Below are positions 9,435 through 24,100 of a DNA stretch of 64,000 bases, piece by piece. The translations under genes and the position numbers were made by a program. The notes beneath the pieces are model-generated. The model worked only from the letters and a program-made list of their open reading frames with translations, was not told the origin of the DNA and ran no database searches. The first letter of the stretch is position 1; every line of letters starts with the position of its first letter. Source of the DNA: Marsupella aquatica (lineage: Eukaryota > Plantae > Marchantiophyta); assembly GCA_973895155.1 (NCBI GenBank), contig OZ316891.1, forward strand, positions 7,929,808 to 7,993,807. Reading direction: 5' to 3'.

Positions 9435-11405
9435 TGGATGGATATGGATTTAGGTTTGTACAGAGCTTATAAAAAATCGCAGGCCCTGCATGAAAATGGA
9501 GCTGCTGGACCCCACAAAATCCAATATTAAAAGGATAAAAATGTAGCGTAAGGGCTAGGTTCCATGGGACTGGGAGTGTTTTGCTTTCCCTGGGAGACTA
9601 GCTCACATTCAGTACTCTTGAAAATTGTCTCTGTGGTTTTCAGTCAGTTCTTTGAAGCAAAGGGGATTCTTTGCTGATAATCTTTTAATTGATGGGTCTT
9701 TTGTACAGTTTACTCTCCTGGTCTATCTCAGATTTTGAATTATATGGCTTGCAGCTTTTGATCCTCTACCTGAGAGTAAGTAGGTAGTCTATACAATACA
9801 TGTAACATTCCATATAGTTGATGCAAAATAGTTTAAAGGTCTTAGATTCCTTTGTATTTCTCTACCCATAGTAGTTATGGTGTTTTTTCCCTTTGCTTGT
9901 TATTCCTCTATCCATAGTACCAAATGGTTTCTTAAGTTACCTTGGTAAATGTTAGTAAGAGAAGATGAAAATTTTCTTGGGTTTCTGATGTTACTTTGGT
10001 AAATGTTAGAGTAGAAGCCGGAGTTGAAGGTTTTCTTTCTACTTGTCACTATTTCAAAATGTGTAAATTAAATAGAAAACTGGGACAGATTACCAGAAAC
10101 TTATCCAAAGATAATTTTCTTTCACCCCTAGTTTACCCTTTTCTTTGTTTACTTGAAATGTTACTTTTCAATTTTCCATTGTTTTTACAATAATTACATA
10201 ATTGGTCTAATTGTTTTTCTTTCCCTTGGCTCAAACACAAATAGTCAAATTTGGTTCTTCTTGCATAACTAACAATTCTAAGTGTTTGTGACAAATCATG
10301 CTAATGTGACTGCACGTGCATCCAAGGATTTTGGAAGGAACTTCCCATGGGGGCCGGGTCCGTAATGATTTTGTTAATTGTATTGGCAGTTTTAGTATAT
10401 CGGTCCCAATAATGACCTCTATCAGTGTAAAGTAAACGTTTTACTTTGCTTAGTACCCCCTTGTAGTTACAACACTGTCTTAAGCAATATTCTGGCAATG
10501 AGGCATTTGGTATCAGTATATCTATGAGAAATATGAAAGCTGGCTAACTTAGCAATCTAGATGATCCTTCACTTCGGTCCTTGACATATTTTGTTATAAA
10601 CTCCTAATTATGCTTGTAGTTTTTGGTTGCCTCCTACTTTCTTCCAACAACAATGTTTAATTAGTTTCTTCTTGGATCCTCATCCTAGCTTTGATTAGGA
10701 GATTGAAACTGTCCAACCTGCAAGCCAGTTGGTTATTTGTATCTGGCTGACTTTTGTATATTTGTCCTGTATATTCCCTACCCTACCCGCCCTGGGATAT
10801 AGGACCAATTTTTGGGATCCCACTACTATTGATTTCACTTCATTAGGGAAAAAAATTATATTGCTCTCTCTTTGTGGACCAACCTCCACGCCTGCCCAGT
10901 CTGCCAGCTAAGGGACTAGATCATGCAACCCAGGGATGTCAGCTAATGGCCAGGATAGGCTAGGGTAGATGATCAAAAGACACGGGCAAGAAGAGAATTT
11001 TGAACTTATTAGGGATTGAAGATTCAAGGAAAATGTGAGGTTGGGAAGGTACAAAATACAGCTGAAGGGGAGGTTACTTGAGGCAAGCTAGTAGGGGGTT
11101 TCAAAACTCAAAATTTGATGGGCCTTAGCTCAGTAGTAAAGGTCAAATACAGTATAAATTATGGACTACCAAATTCATAATACATAACTTTTTGCTATAA
11201 AGATTGGTCATATGCCACATGTGACATAAGTCACTGTAGAGGCTAGAGAACCAAAACAAAATTTTACATAACCCGGTCATTTGTTTATGGCCAAAAGCCA
11301 TATCCACAATGATGAAGCTTTATTGCTCTAATGGCTTTGTTTAGTCTTCATGGGACCAGAGACTTTTGGTCAAGGCCTGGTCTTGAAACAAATATATACT
11401 TCACT

Positions 11406-11408
<3 letters not shown>

Positions 11409-11455
<47 letters not shown>
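11409..11455. repeat. (GA)n microsatellite
   Basis: Perfect AG run of about 23 units. Confidence 0.99.
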
Positions 11456-11458
<3 letters not shown>

Positions 11459-12148
11459 TAAAACTCAACTGAGGTACCTCAAATGTATGTTTGAACAGGT
11501 ATGCTATGAGAAAATCGGGTTGCCAGGACTTCAGGCAGTGGACGCGGGTGAGAGGGGGGAGAAGTGAGGGCAGGGCAAGAGGGTCAGGACAACTTGCTCC
11601 CTCCCGTACTTCCCGTTGAAGGCTTGGATTGTGCTTCGTTCTCTACAATATGCCTACAAAAAAATTCTGCTGCTGCAATTGTTTCAATATATGGAGAGAG
11701 TGCCACTGTTCCATCTAGTACTGGACAGAGCACAGCTGCTCGATCATCGCATGCACCCTAAACTGAAATGTCTCAACTTGAAGCATTTGAAATTGCCCTA
11801 AATTTCACTTAGAGCGCAGCTTTGATCACCCCGCAGTAAGTTCCATATCCCCGACGTGTCAACATTGAGTCGCGTTATTATCTCCTTACAATGCAGCTTC
11901 GATCAGCTTCAACCTTTTCACTCTAATCATAACCTCGATCAGCGCAGCACTCCATGCACACAGTGTCCCGCGCAGAGTAAGCGAATGTGTTTTCATTCTA
12001 TCCCAAGGGGCCCAATGTTTTTCTTGGGAGAACCTTCGCCTCCCTACCAGTGAGCCCCAGCTAGTGTTGAAGGGACAATATTGGGAGGGACCCCAAATAC
12101 GTACATTTAAGGTCCCACCAAGCCATTTTAGACTTAGTGGGTCTGGTT

Positions 12149-12265
12149 GAGTAGGTCTTTTTGTTTGAGGTCGCACCAAGCAAATATCTCAACATTTTAG
12201 CATGTTTGAGTAGGTCTTTTTGTTTGAGGTCGCACCAAGCAAATATCTCAACATTTTAGCATGTT
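12149..12265. repeat. ~59-bp perfect tandem duplication
   Basis: GAGTAGGTCTTTTTGTTTGAGGTCGCACCAAGCAAATATCTCAACATTTTAGCATGTT occurs twice in tandem. Confidence 0.95.
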
Positions 12266-12542
12266 CCCACAGTTAGCAAGCAAAAGGTCTGGGGTGAAAA
12301 ATCCTTCGGAGCTACCAGCTAGAGGGAACGTAAACACATGCGCAGAATATTGTCCCTCGGTTACTAACGCACTGCACCCTCAGTCTACGGGAGCAGCAGA
12401 TCGAACGCGCATACGCTGTACTCTACAAGAGTTTGCGGCATGGGGGCGGCCGATTTCGGCTTGTTTGCGGCATGGAAGTGACCGAATGAAAGACGTCCAC
12501 CGCATCTTTACGGCAGCGGCGAGGCGGGCTACAAGAACCCCG

Positions 12543-12572
12543 GCATGCACCTCTGCATGCATGCATGCATGG
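12543..12572. promoter_or_regulatory. RY-type (CATGCA)n cluster upstream of the ABCG gene
   Basis: GCATGCAC...GCATGCATGCATGCATGG in a GC-rich stretch upstream of the ABCG gene. Function is not demonstrated. Confidence 0.3.
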
Positions 12573-14209
12573 CGCGTCCTTCTTGCCGTGGATACGTCGT
12601 CGCTCGCCGCCGTAAGTTACGCTCCGGCAGAGTGACCCGGAAAGTCCGAGTCCCTGGAGAGCCAACGGATGACCATCGGACGGCCCAGGCTGCGAGCCGG
12701 CAAGAAGAGTTACAGTTTGGTACAGCCCCTGTATTCCTGCAACCGTCTGTAGGGCGCTGAGTCGTAGGATCTGACCGGTGGTTGTGAGTGCGCCCCGGTC
12801 AGCCGACGGGACCTCAGAAAGAAGCCTTTGAGCGAACGAGACGGCTGAAACAATTTTGTGTCACTCCTGGATGAGCGTCCGGAATTGCAAAAGGAATGCG
12901 AGGAACGCGAACAGGACCTGCGATCGAGAGGACGAGTAGGAGGATGGACATTGCCATTTTGCAGTAGCCTTTAGCAGCCGGATCGATCAATTCTGGAGCG
13001 CGGGATTGATCGCAGTCCTCAAGAGAGTACGACTCGCGCGAGGCTCGAATCATTCTCCAACGAGGATTGATTTCTGGTCCCGATTTCAACGAAACGGACG
13101 AGAGCGGGGGTGGTCCTGGTTTGGTCAAGATCTTTGGTGGCATATGTTGGTGAATTGTACGAGCGAGACGAGTTGCGAACGAACGAACCAACTGACCATA
13201 TATGCACGGACATACGCGGGTAGAAATGTCGTCGAACAGCTGAGCCCGAAATTCAATCCGGTTGTTGTGGAGAAGAATCGCTGATTGACAGCGACCAGTG
13301 GTCAGGAATTCACGATGGTGAGATTTGAAATGGCTGAGAGTACCAACGAGTCAGATAGGCATTCCAACTTGTACCGCTTGGTAAAGAGCATACTAGTTCA
13401 ATCGAATCGTGGCTATACAATGAAACACTCAGGATTTCCTGTGAGCTACAATATACGTACGCGACAATTGCACAAATTGGCAAAAGGATTATGCTCATAA
13501 ATCCGGAGAATCTCGAGAACCTGAGTTTTGTACTCCCTCAAAATTCTTCAATTCTTGGAGTTGTTCCCGTCTTAGATTCATTTTTCAGCCGGATAAATCA
13601 TACGGATTTCTCGGAACAGATTCATGAACATTTAAAGGAATATACTCGCTTCTCTGCTGTTCATTTTAACTCGGAACCCACGCGCCTCAAGGGGGCTTTC
13701 TGTTAATATGATCGATGTCCATTTGGTTGGCAGGTGTTTTGGAACGCGAAGCGATCAATTCACCCTGACATGAGTTTTGAAACTGGACCAACGGCACTGT
13801 CACCATCAATCGTAGGACGGCCGTGGAGTTCTCTCTCTGTTGGTGAATGCAATGAGAATGGAATGAAAACCAACCAATACTAAACATGATAAAGAATTTA
13901 CTTTCATCTTGAAATATACATATACAGAAAAATGGTGGTTGAGAATCCTCCAGTCGCGCCCACTTCTCAGGGATCGAAACTCTTGGGATGTATAGTTTTG
14001 GCTCGTTGAAACAATATCTTCAACCTTAATAGCTTCACACTTGATGCATCATTCTGGTCAATTAAACACGTCCCTAAAAGTCTACACTCTTCACTTCATG
14101 GATCTGCATCTTGAGCAGCTGTGAACCAAAGGAATTCATCATCATTGGCCGCACCATCTGTGAAGGAACATAGGGACTCGCTTAGTACTAGAAACTGAGT
14201 AGTTTGGTC

Positions 14210-17200
14210 ATGGAGGACCACGAACAGTCTTCTACGCGTCAGGCTGGGGCGATGCGTTCACCAGCTGGTGAGAGGAGAGACGAGCACGAAGATTTACTGG
14301 AATTAGGGACCGCTTTAGCTTTTATGCATCCTCGCTCAGCTCAGATGGCCAGCCACTGCGACTTTGAAACCGAGATCTCCCCCGGGGACGCATGTCCGGC
14401 ATCTGAGCACGCTGCGTCAGGATCTGAAGTCGAAGGGACGACAAATATTGGCAGTCTGGTCTCGCCTTTGCGATCGCAGCCTATGCAGGTGAAAGACCCG
14501 GCGCCTAAAACTGGGTTCCTGACTCCCAAAGGTGGGCATTTGCAACCTGGAGCCACGGTAGATTCTGACACAGCTATTCAGCTGCAGAAGATCAGAGACC
14601 TGAGTAGTGCTCCGGGAACTCCAACTAGCAAACCAACGACTGCTTCTAGTATGCTTTTTCCTGGTCACCAGACTGTCGACATCAACGACTTCAAGGAGAC
14701 GATCAGGGACAATCAGTCCGTGACCGAAGGCTGCATGATTTCAAATGATATCAGGAAACAGCCGCTGCTTGTCTTGGAATTTCATAACCTCACCTACACA
14801 GTGAAACAGAAGAACGACTTACCGCAGAAGACGAGTCTTGAGGCGGTCCCAGTTCTCGACCGGCTCAGTTCTCATGAGTCGGCGTCCTTAATGTTACGCC
14901 CTGGAGGATTGGCACCTCAATCACCGCCGCCAGCGACTGGAAGCTGCTCCCGTGTGAGCCTCTTGGATCAGATCTCTGGAGAGGCACGGGACGGGGAGAT
15001 TTTGGCAGTGATGGGCCCAAGCGGTTCTGGGAAGTCTACGTTGATCGATGCGCTCGCTCAGAGAATCGTCCCGGAGAGTCTGGCAGGGAACATCACTCTG
15101 AACGGAGAGCAGGTATTCAATGTCTTTAGTTACCCATCATTATGTGAAGGTTCTAGCTCGACGTACAGTCAACATTGCCGTTGACGTATGCGGCGAAAAT
15201 CATTGTCCAAGTGCACAAAAGATTTAGCTCTCAGGAAACTTACAACAAGGTTTAATTAACTACCACAGATATTTATCCAGGGGGATTAATTTGTACTTTG
15301 CTTTCTCGGGTTGATCGATGTTTTTGGATGTTCGTCCGTTTTGTTAGAATTTGCAGTTCAGTGTAGTTGAGAATGCAATGTTTCGGCCAACACCTGCAAT
15401 GCTTTTGATAGTCCCTAATCAATCGTCCATTTCGTAACGACGTGAAATCGCTGGTGCTTGCAACATAGTCAGCTCTAACTCTCAAATTCCATAGGATCCT
15501 CACAATGACCTTGGTTCTCCATATACCCATTTATATATATGTCGAGCTTGCCAATCCCTGCTTACGGTTTAATTAAGATCCTCAAAGGACTCTGCCAGTC
15601 TAGTGACAAATAACTCCTGAAAAGACCTGGGCTGACAAGTCATTACTTGATCACGAAGTTCAAGTGAACATGATTAGCTACATATTCTACGGTGATTTCC
15701 AACGTTACAACGAAGTGGACAACGTAACTTGGGAATGTTGCTCATGACTACTGAATGTCTGCGCATTTACCATATTCAAAACGTTTTCATGATTGTAACA
15801 TATTAAGCGCGTTCTGTGCAATCCCTAGATTTAAATTAAGTTGACATAACCATTTCAGGTCGTGCGGCTTCTTTCAATACGGTCGGACTCCTCTCTCTCA
15901 TGGCTCACTGGCTAGTCTGGAGTCATACAGGTTACACATGGAAGATAAATCTTACCTTACTGACCAAGGACTAGACTCGATTGCCAAGGTGGTAAGGAAA
16001 TCAAGTTAAGCTCAAGGTTAAGATACTTGACTGAAATTGGAGATCATCAACTACTGTACAGAGAATTGAATTGCTTGTTCAGGGAAGTGTCAATGCCAGG
16101 CGGCATGCTCATTGAATAGTTTCAATGCGCAAATCCTGATATTTGAAATACTCGTGACTTCAAATGCATAATTACAAGCGGACGACAAGTAGAAAGGCTC
16201 TGCTTGAGGTTCTCGGGACTTGACAGTGGAGAGGCGCCAGAGTCTCTGCACTTTCAGAAGTCTGCTGATCATGGCTCTTCGATCAGACACTTTCTGTAGT
16301 CTACTGATCTGGATTTTAGACATTTGTACGTTTTTGGAATTGGACAGTTGCGTGCTCACGTTCAGTGTGCAATCTTATCTATCGATTTCTGGATATGCAA
16401 CGATGACGAAGAGCATGTGGATCCCGACGTGGATATGCAACGATGTTACATGGCAATATATACGTTGCCCTTGCAGAATTCTAGACTACAATGTTCAGAT
16501 CCTGACCAAGATGTTCGTGGTGTGCATTTATAAGTGCAGGTGTCCAACAGTCTGTTAAGGAGCATAAGCGCATATGTGATGCAAGATGATCTTCTATTTC
16601 CCATGCTCACAGTCGAAGAGACATTGATGTTTGCAGCAGAAGTGCGCCTGCCCAACAGCTCACACTCCACGGACCGCAAGAAGGGGCGAGTGAACCAGCT
16701 GCTCCATCAGCTGGGGCTGCACCGCGTAGCCAACACGCTCATCGGCGATGAAGGCCACCGGGGGGTATCTGGGGGGGAGAGGCGCAGGGTTTCCATCGGC
16801 ATCGACATCATTCATGACCCCCTTCTCCTCTTCCTCGATGAGCCCACCAGTGGGCTCGATTCGACGAGCGCATACCTGGTCATTCGAACGTTGCAAAAGA
16901 TAGCTCAGACTGGCAGCATCGTCATTTTGTCGATCCACCAGCCCAGTTACCGCATATTAGGCCTCCTCGACAGAATCATGATTCTCGCATTCGGCCAGAA
17001 AATCTATGGCGGGACCCCTGCTGACTTGAATTCGTTCTTTGAAGCGTTTGGCCGGCCGGTACCTGAACATGAGAACAGCACGGAGCATGCTCTAGATCTC
17101 ATCCAGGAGCTACAGACGTCTTCCACCGGGATCAAGCCACTAGTGCAGTTCTCCAAGACATGGTCAACAGATCATGACAGCGATGGCGATTGCGGGCTGA

Positions 17201-19053
17201 AGCCGTTGGTCGGAGGAGTGGACGTGAAGGGAGCGATCACAGCGAGCATTGCGAGGGGTAAGCTTGTAGCTACGCGAGGATACAACGATCAGGAAATGGG
17301 TTGTGATTACGGAGTCTCGGAATTTGGAAGGCTGTCGACGTCGACCTCTGCGTCTATGGTGGTGAAGTTCGCGAACCCGTGGTGGCGGGAGGTACCGGTG
17401 CTAATTTGGCGGTCGCTGATCAACATCAGCCGGACTCCCGAGCTGTTTCTTATGCGCTTGGGAACTGTGGTGGTGACGGGCTTCTTGTTGGCAACTGTGT
17501 TTTGGGGACTCGATCACAGTCCCAAGGGAGTCCAGGAGCGTCTCGGTTTCTTTGCCTTCGCTATGTCCACCACCTTCTACACTTGCGCTGATGCTCTTCC
17601 CGTTTTCCTTCAGGTTCGTACTCTTCTTAGCTTCAGCTCAATTCATCTCGCATGGAGACCATGTCTTGACTCAGGCACCAGCTTTAAATTTCTTCCTTCA
17701 TGGATCAATCATTAAACATTGTGTCTCCTGTGACTCTTAACGCGTTCATGGATCAATTATTAAACATTGTGTCTCCTGTGACTCTAAGTGCGTGCACGAA
17801 GCGCTTCCGAGAATAGCAGGCAAAGCTCAAGATGATCAGAACTCCTAGATAAGTCCCAGATTTATGAGGATGATCATAGTTGTCAATTCTGTTGATCGAA
17901 ATATCCGAGATCTCTCCAAACTAAAGAGAATATTATCTGAACGTTTTCTAGGGAGTCGATCACTGCTCCTGCCTAGACATTGACCCATTGTGTTGCATCC
18001 TCGGTTGCATCTGCCTAGACATTGACCCATTGTGTTGCATCCTCGGTTGCATCTCTGTATATAATGCACGTTGGACCGTCAGGGCAGGGACGGCGGGTTT
18101 CGGTAGGCAAGTCCCAGTACTTGTCTGGAGGTCGATACCCAGTTGGAATGAGAACACCTCTCATGCCAAGATTACCGTACCGCATCTTCAATAGGCCTCC
18201 AATAGCACCCATCTTAGACAATCGTAAAGTTCGTCGAGAATTGCGTCATCAAATTGTAGGTCCAGTGCAATTCCTGAAGTCAGTGTAGTACTACTGAGAG
18301 TACTTATTTGATCATTAAACGGGTTGGCCCATTCTGCTGCAGGAACGTTATATCTTCATGCGGGAAACGGCTCACAACGCTTATCGAAAGTCATCATACG
18401 TCCTGGCCAATGCTATCATCTACATTCCTTTCCTTGCGATTCTATCCATTGCGTTCTCGGTCACTATTTGGTGGGCAGTGGGGCTCGCAGGAGGAAGTCC
18501 AGGCTTTGGGTTCTTTTTCTTGGTCGTCTGGGCGTCGTTCTGGGCTGGAAACTCCTTCGTTACTCTGCTCTCGGCGTTGCTGCCCAACGTGATGCTGGGG
18601 TACACGATCGTGGTGGCAATCCTGGCCTACTTCCTACTGCTGAGTGGATTCTTCATCTCCAGGGATCGCATTCCCAAGTATTGGCTCTGGTTCCACTACC
18701 TCTCGATAATAAAGTACCCATACGAAGCAGTTTTGATCAATGAGTTCGAGCGAGATGGGAGTTGCTACGAACGAGGCTCAGAGATTCTCTACGGCACGCC
18801 TCTGGCTGGGATTCCAGATCCTGCTCTGTTGAATGGTATACTGGGATTTCTCCGAACAGCTCTGGTAGGGACTCCCTACGAAACTCTTAATGGCAACACT
18901 TGCATCACCACAGGACATGATATTCTCGTCAGCCGGGATATAAACCAGTTGTCCAAGTGGGCACTCTTGGCAGTCACCTTCTCCTTTGGGGTCTTCTTTC
19001 GGTTGCTCTTCTACGTGGTGCTACGATTCAGTGGCAAGAACAGGAGAAGCTAG
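14210..19053 (+). CDS. ABC transporter G-family half transporter (WBC; ABCG1/2/6/16/20 clade); exons 14210-15112, 16540-17613, 18343-19053
   Basis: Walker A GPSGSGKST, AYVMQDDLLFPMLTVEETL, signature VSGGERRRVSIG, Walker B LLFLDEPTSGLD. The TM region [47 protein letters not shown] is typical of this clade. Both GT-AG introns are phase 0 and splice cleanly. Confidence 0.95.
17696..18055. repeat. Two short tandem duplications (~49 bp and 42 bp) in ABCG intron 2
   Basis: TTCATGGATCAAT(C/T)ATTAAACATTGTGTCTCCTGTGACTCT x2 (~17696-17785). CTGCCTAGACATTGACCCATTGTGTTGCATCCTCGGTTGCAT x2 (~17969-18053). Confidence 0.9.
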
Positions 19054-21126
19054 TTTTCCCGCAGATACGAACATTCAAACACATTAATTTAAGTTTCCAG
19101 TCGGCCCTCCAGTCAAGTTCAGTGCCACAACCATCGACAGTTCCCGAAATGCTGATGACCTCAGCCACAGTTTTGGTCTTGGATTGGGCTCGGAAGATTC
19201 AAGGATCTGACTGTAAGTTAGGTGTCAATTCTGAGTTGCTATTTCATGAGCCCGTACTTGTATTCTAGTCAATCCACAAAAATTTTGTTTGCCGCAGTAG
19301 CCCCATTTGCGGGCAGTCTCGCAAAGAAGAAATCTTCAAAGGGAATTCTACTTCCCGCGTCCACATAGGAAAGTAGGTTGCCGGACATAATATCTACTAG
19401 ACTTGGGTGAGTATTCTAGTCATCCAGTCTATTACTGGGAGTATGACATTTTGCAGAAAAACGGCTGTGCTTGTCATTCAAACAGATCTCTTATCAGTCA
19501 ATCTAGAGAGAGCAGACTGAAGTCTGGTCCACTGATTTTTGTTAGGAAGTGTTCCGCTGTTGTTCAGAACTCCTCGTAAAGCGACTCCAAAATTATATAG
19601 ACACAAGCGTGGTTGAATCATATACCCGGAACAGTGCTTTGAAGAGAGTCGCTAATAGCACTGAAGGCACGTCAATCATTCCTGTCTTCACGCCCTGGTA
19701 CTGATATCCCACTTTGATGGCACTGCGCATGGCCCTTAGGGCTTGAAGCAGAATCTGTAGGCGTGAACACAATGGATGCAGTCCAACTCGATTAATCGGG
19801 TAACATTGCCAGAACTTTGGGAATCACGAATTAGCATGGAATTGGATCCAAGCATAATGGTTAGCATAGATCCAACATTTGCTACACCCTCTTATGCATG
19901 ATCAGAATCATTGTACGAACTTCAAGCAGGCAGTCCGTCATTGTCATAGTCTACTGTCAAATCTACTTGTTACGAGCAATGCCATCTGCACGGAATGGCA
20001 ATGGCTCGATATCATTAATCTGCCCTTCAAAGTAAGGGTCCTAACCTTCCGGTCATCAACACTGCGTCCTACAGATGGAAAGTCAAGTGTGCATATTACT
20101 CCAAAACCCAATGGGAATCGCTTAGAACATGTCCACTTTGATCGCAAAGAACACTACATTGTCTACATGACGAGAGTTGACCCAAGAGTCATGAGACTAG
20201 CAGGAGTAATGGCCAATGGGCAAAACTTCATCACTCTTATGCATTAAACCCTTTGCCAGGGGTATCTTTCAGGCACAAGCTCAGACATCCCACTCTGAGT
20301 CGGGCATCAATAAACCTCGACAATGTTTACATCGTGCACTCCGTTGCCAGAAATACTTCCAACAATCGAATGGTAATTGAAACACTTCCCTTAAACAAGT
20401 GAACATCAGTGGTTGCGACTACCGTCACTCAGTTTAAGCAGGGCGCAGTTCATAGCTAACATGGCACACAAAGCAAAGCGAGGGATGGGAAGCTATGTAC
20501 TTCAGTTGTCAGCATCCTGGCTGCATACCAAGTATACCTACACTATCGTTGATGGAAGCATATTCTGCTCAAGATTTGCTTGCTTGAAAACTGCAATTAA
20601 GTGTTCGTCCCTCACAAATCGGGAAGTGTCAACGTCCTTTCTCATTTGGTGCACCGAGTCCTAGATTTCCATTCAGGAAGTGATATTCCTGCCGATCCAC
20701 CAATCCAGAAAACCTGAACATATGAACTTGAGATTGCCCTTGTAAGAGTTACTTAAATGAGAGCTCTTTGGTTGATGCCCCTCACAAGCGAAGTGTAACC
20801 TAGTTTCTGGCGGAGAGACGCTGGTTTGAGAGAAACTAGTAAGCGCCTAGTGAATTAAATTCATCTCTGGATTACCTTACACCTGATCGATTGCATTTTA
20901 CAGATTTAATATTCTCCTCATTCCAAATTCTGCGTGCTGGACTCTGGCTCCTCCGACTTTAGGTCTCAACGCAAGCACCTTTGCTTACTTGTTCACTCCA
21001 GAAACCCCCCTCCGTCCGTCAGATGTTTTGATACGCGCAAATAAAAAGTAAACAGGGGACTGTGCACCTTTCGAGACTTGGCAAAAACTATCGTGCAAGT
21101 AGCGAACAGAGGGTGAGGTTCAACGA

Positions 21127-24100
21127 TTAGCCAGACACTGTCAACGCTTCGAGATATTCATCTACATGTGCCAAGCATGGCCAATAATCAGTTCTGATCC
21201 GAACGAGTGTGGACTCATCTGCTACTTCCATGCGCAAAAGCAAGTGATAGCAAGGGGGAAGAAGAATCAGTACCAGAAAACTACCCAGACCACCACGGCT
21301 CAACTCGTCCATGCTACTAAATCCTGGGTCCCTCACTTGTATTTGAAGGGAAGACTCCTTGTTCATGCTCTTCGTCAATGGTGATCCTAGCTGTGGCCCA
21401 CTCAAAACGTCTGACCCTGAAGAATTTATCTCTTCTACGAGCCACTTCACTTCTTTAAAGGCGCCTCCATCCTTTGCCATGGTAGACAGAGCACTACCAT
21501 CCACACCCACAACAAACCGTGCTAAGTACTGTTCCACTGCAGCGACCACCCTGTCTGCTTGTGCTTCTAACAACTTCACAGATTCAGCGCCAACAATACT
21601 CACCACCTCCAAGGCACCTTTCAGTGAGAACGTTTCCGTTCCAAGTCTTCCAGGGCCGCCACATGCCTCCCACATGCCATCAAATAACTTAAGGAGGTAT
21701 TCTATTCGATCAGTTGGAGACAAATCTGATGGTACAGGTGGCTTTGTGAAAAGATCCTCTATACTAACAGGGATACCATCAAGTTGCCGTTGGACACCGT
21801 GTCCTTGTTCATCACTGTATTCCATGCGTACATCTACGAGAGTTGGCACAGGTTGCTTAGGTTCGAGCTCTATAACCACAAGATGACCAGAAATGGGTCC
21901 CTCTAAACCATCACTATCTGTTTGTGGGCTTGTACTATCGGTTTTTTCAGTTGGCCAAAGTCGTGCACTCCGTGGTAAATCTTCTGAATGGTACTTTCCT
22001 TCACGATCAACGCTCTGCAACATTTGATCGTCATTTATATTTGCACTAGAGCCGTCAACAGATCTCTCCCTTGTCTTATGAGGAGGCGCACTAAGAAGAA
22101 ATGGAACCCGGACTTTTGGAATCGGTCCATAAAACCCAGAAGTTTTCAAGGTAATCACAGACCCATATATTGCAGGCCAAGAATCCGAAACTCTAGAAAC
22201 AGAGCTTGATAATGTTGGAGAGTCCCCCGATTCAGATTCAGATTCCGCTGCTAGCCTATCCGGGTACTCACCATAGTACTTGAGTGTACAAGGGACTCTA
22301 ATTTTGAGACCTGCTCCATTAACAAAGTCAGGAACTTCAGCAAAGTGTTTCCTCAAGATAAGAATGATCTCAGATGTCCTGGTATCCATCACTCTAAGTG
22401 ATGGTTGTTCGTGAAAAGGAGTTATGTTTACTGCAACATCCTCTGCTTTCTGAATTACACCAGTACTTGCTTCAGTTTCGGCATTTCTCTGGGTCTTTTC
22501 CTTGCCTGTCCTCCCATTCCCTGGCAGTCTGTCAGGAGATGCACCTTGTGCCCTGTTTGTTGCTTGAAAAGCGTCGAACAGTACCATCGACCAGGAGTGG
22601 CGAATTAAAAGAGGTGTAATCCTCATCAGTTGTACGTAAGATGTCCCTGATGAGGGTTGTTGTTTCTCCTTGAGAGGAGGCGAAGCCGACCGTAAAAGCG
22701 AAGAGACTTGTGGTGCATTTGCTTCATCAACTCGCTCATCTCCATATTTCAAGATGGATCGCAGCTTATTTCCTGGAATAGTGATGAGCATCCGTAAATA
22801 GAGTCTGCAAAATAGCAGAGAGGTCATCGTCAAAACTTCTTTTGGGTCTGAATACAGCAATACAAAAAGTTGACAGAATATTTGAATCTTCCGGTGCAAT
22901 CGAGAGAGAGAAACAAGAGTACAACAGGGATAGTAGTCTAAATCTCCTAGCATTTGTGAACTTTTCTTAAAGAGAAAAGTTCATTCATCCCCTTTGCGTA
23001 CCCCTCAAGTGTACTCCTAGATATCTCTACGTTTGCAACTTAACAGATCGTTTGTTTAGGTGTGAATCTATGCACAACCTTGATGAGTTTTTTCAATTTC
23101 GACTTTGATGAATCTACTGTATAAATGATATGTCAATAGTCATGATTTCCATTTAAAATGTTTTCAGATCATGCTCCAGATTAATGGCCCTCCAGTACGT
23201 GGTGCCCACTATAGGCGGTCACCTCACAAGTTGACTAATATATCACAGCTTCCCAGTACTTTGGTAAACTGGACTGTACAAACTGCAGGGTAACTGCATG
23301 ATGGCATGGTAAACGCGCCCCACTGCATATATGATTTCGTCAAGAAGTGCGGTGCCTTTTCATTTATCTCTATCAGTGAGCCAAAAAGACACTGTTTTAC
23401 CTTGCGGTGTCACGGACTTCTATATCTGGAAAGAAGGAGCAGAGGAAGCCCAACAACGGAGCAAGAGTATGAAAAACTCTTGAGCTTTGGTGATGCAAAA
23501 GAATTGTTCTACAAATTCCAAGTACTTGTGTGCTGCGGCTCCACAACACCCACTCTTCATAGCCATCGTCGTCCTCTTCCACTCTTTGTACTACGTAGAA
23601 CGTAAGCTTGTCAATTAGTGCACCTGGAGGTATCTCTCCATTTTCAGCAATTCTTTCCAGAAGAGGAAAATACGAAGACAGCCGGCGGTTGGGTTGCAGC
23701 TGCGGGAGAAGTTCTTCATTAAATGTTCGAAGAAGCCGTTCTGCTAGTGGACGGTGTGTTGCACAACCCATGAGGCGATCTAACAGAGCCACCATATTAG
23801 GCACCAGTTTCCACGTCTTTGCCGCCATAGTCACAAAAATGTTCTGCAATGTCTCAAATAATTGAGTGTCTTTGAAACCAACCTGATTGGATATAAGTGC
23901 CGTTCTCCTAGGCGGATGTGGAATTGCCACTGTCAGAAACCTGTGGAAGATATGAAAAGCCAACTGGGTCTCGCTGCTCCAAGGCGGCAACCATTGATAA
24001 GATGATACTGAAAGCAATCCTTCATTTAGAAGTACACTGGGTTCATCCCCACTGCCATTAGTATTGACCAGATTTCCCTGAGATGCTTTTCCACCTTGAT

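Noticed and set aside
11402-11412. CACTACAAGA as a CACTA transposon end
   Set aside because: It runs directly into a GA microsatellite, and no matching opposite TIR or TSD was found.
12543-12572. Local regulatory circuit: the B3 gene binding RY motifs upstream of ABCG and XTH (~62795)
   Set aside because: RY binding is a property of LAV-family B3 proteins, whereas this B3 is At3g19184/REM-type. CATG runs are also common.
14210-19053. Symbiosis transporter STR/STR2
   Set aside because: The TM motif [31 protein letters not shown] fits the ABCG1/2/6/16/20 clade rather than STR, as I recall the families. A phylogeny would confirm.
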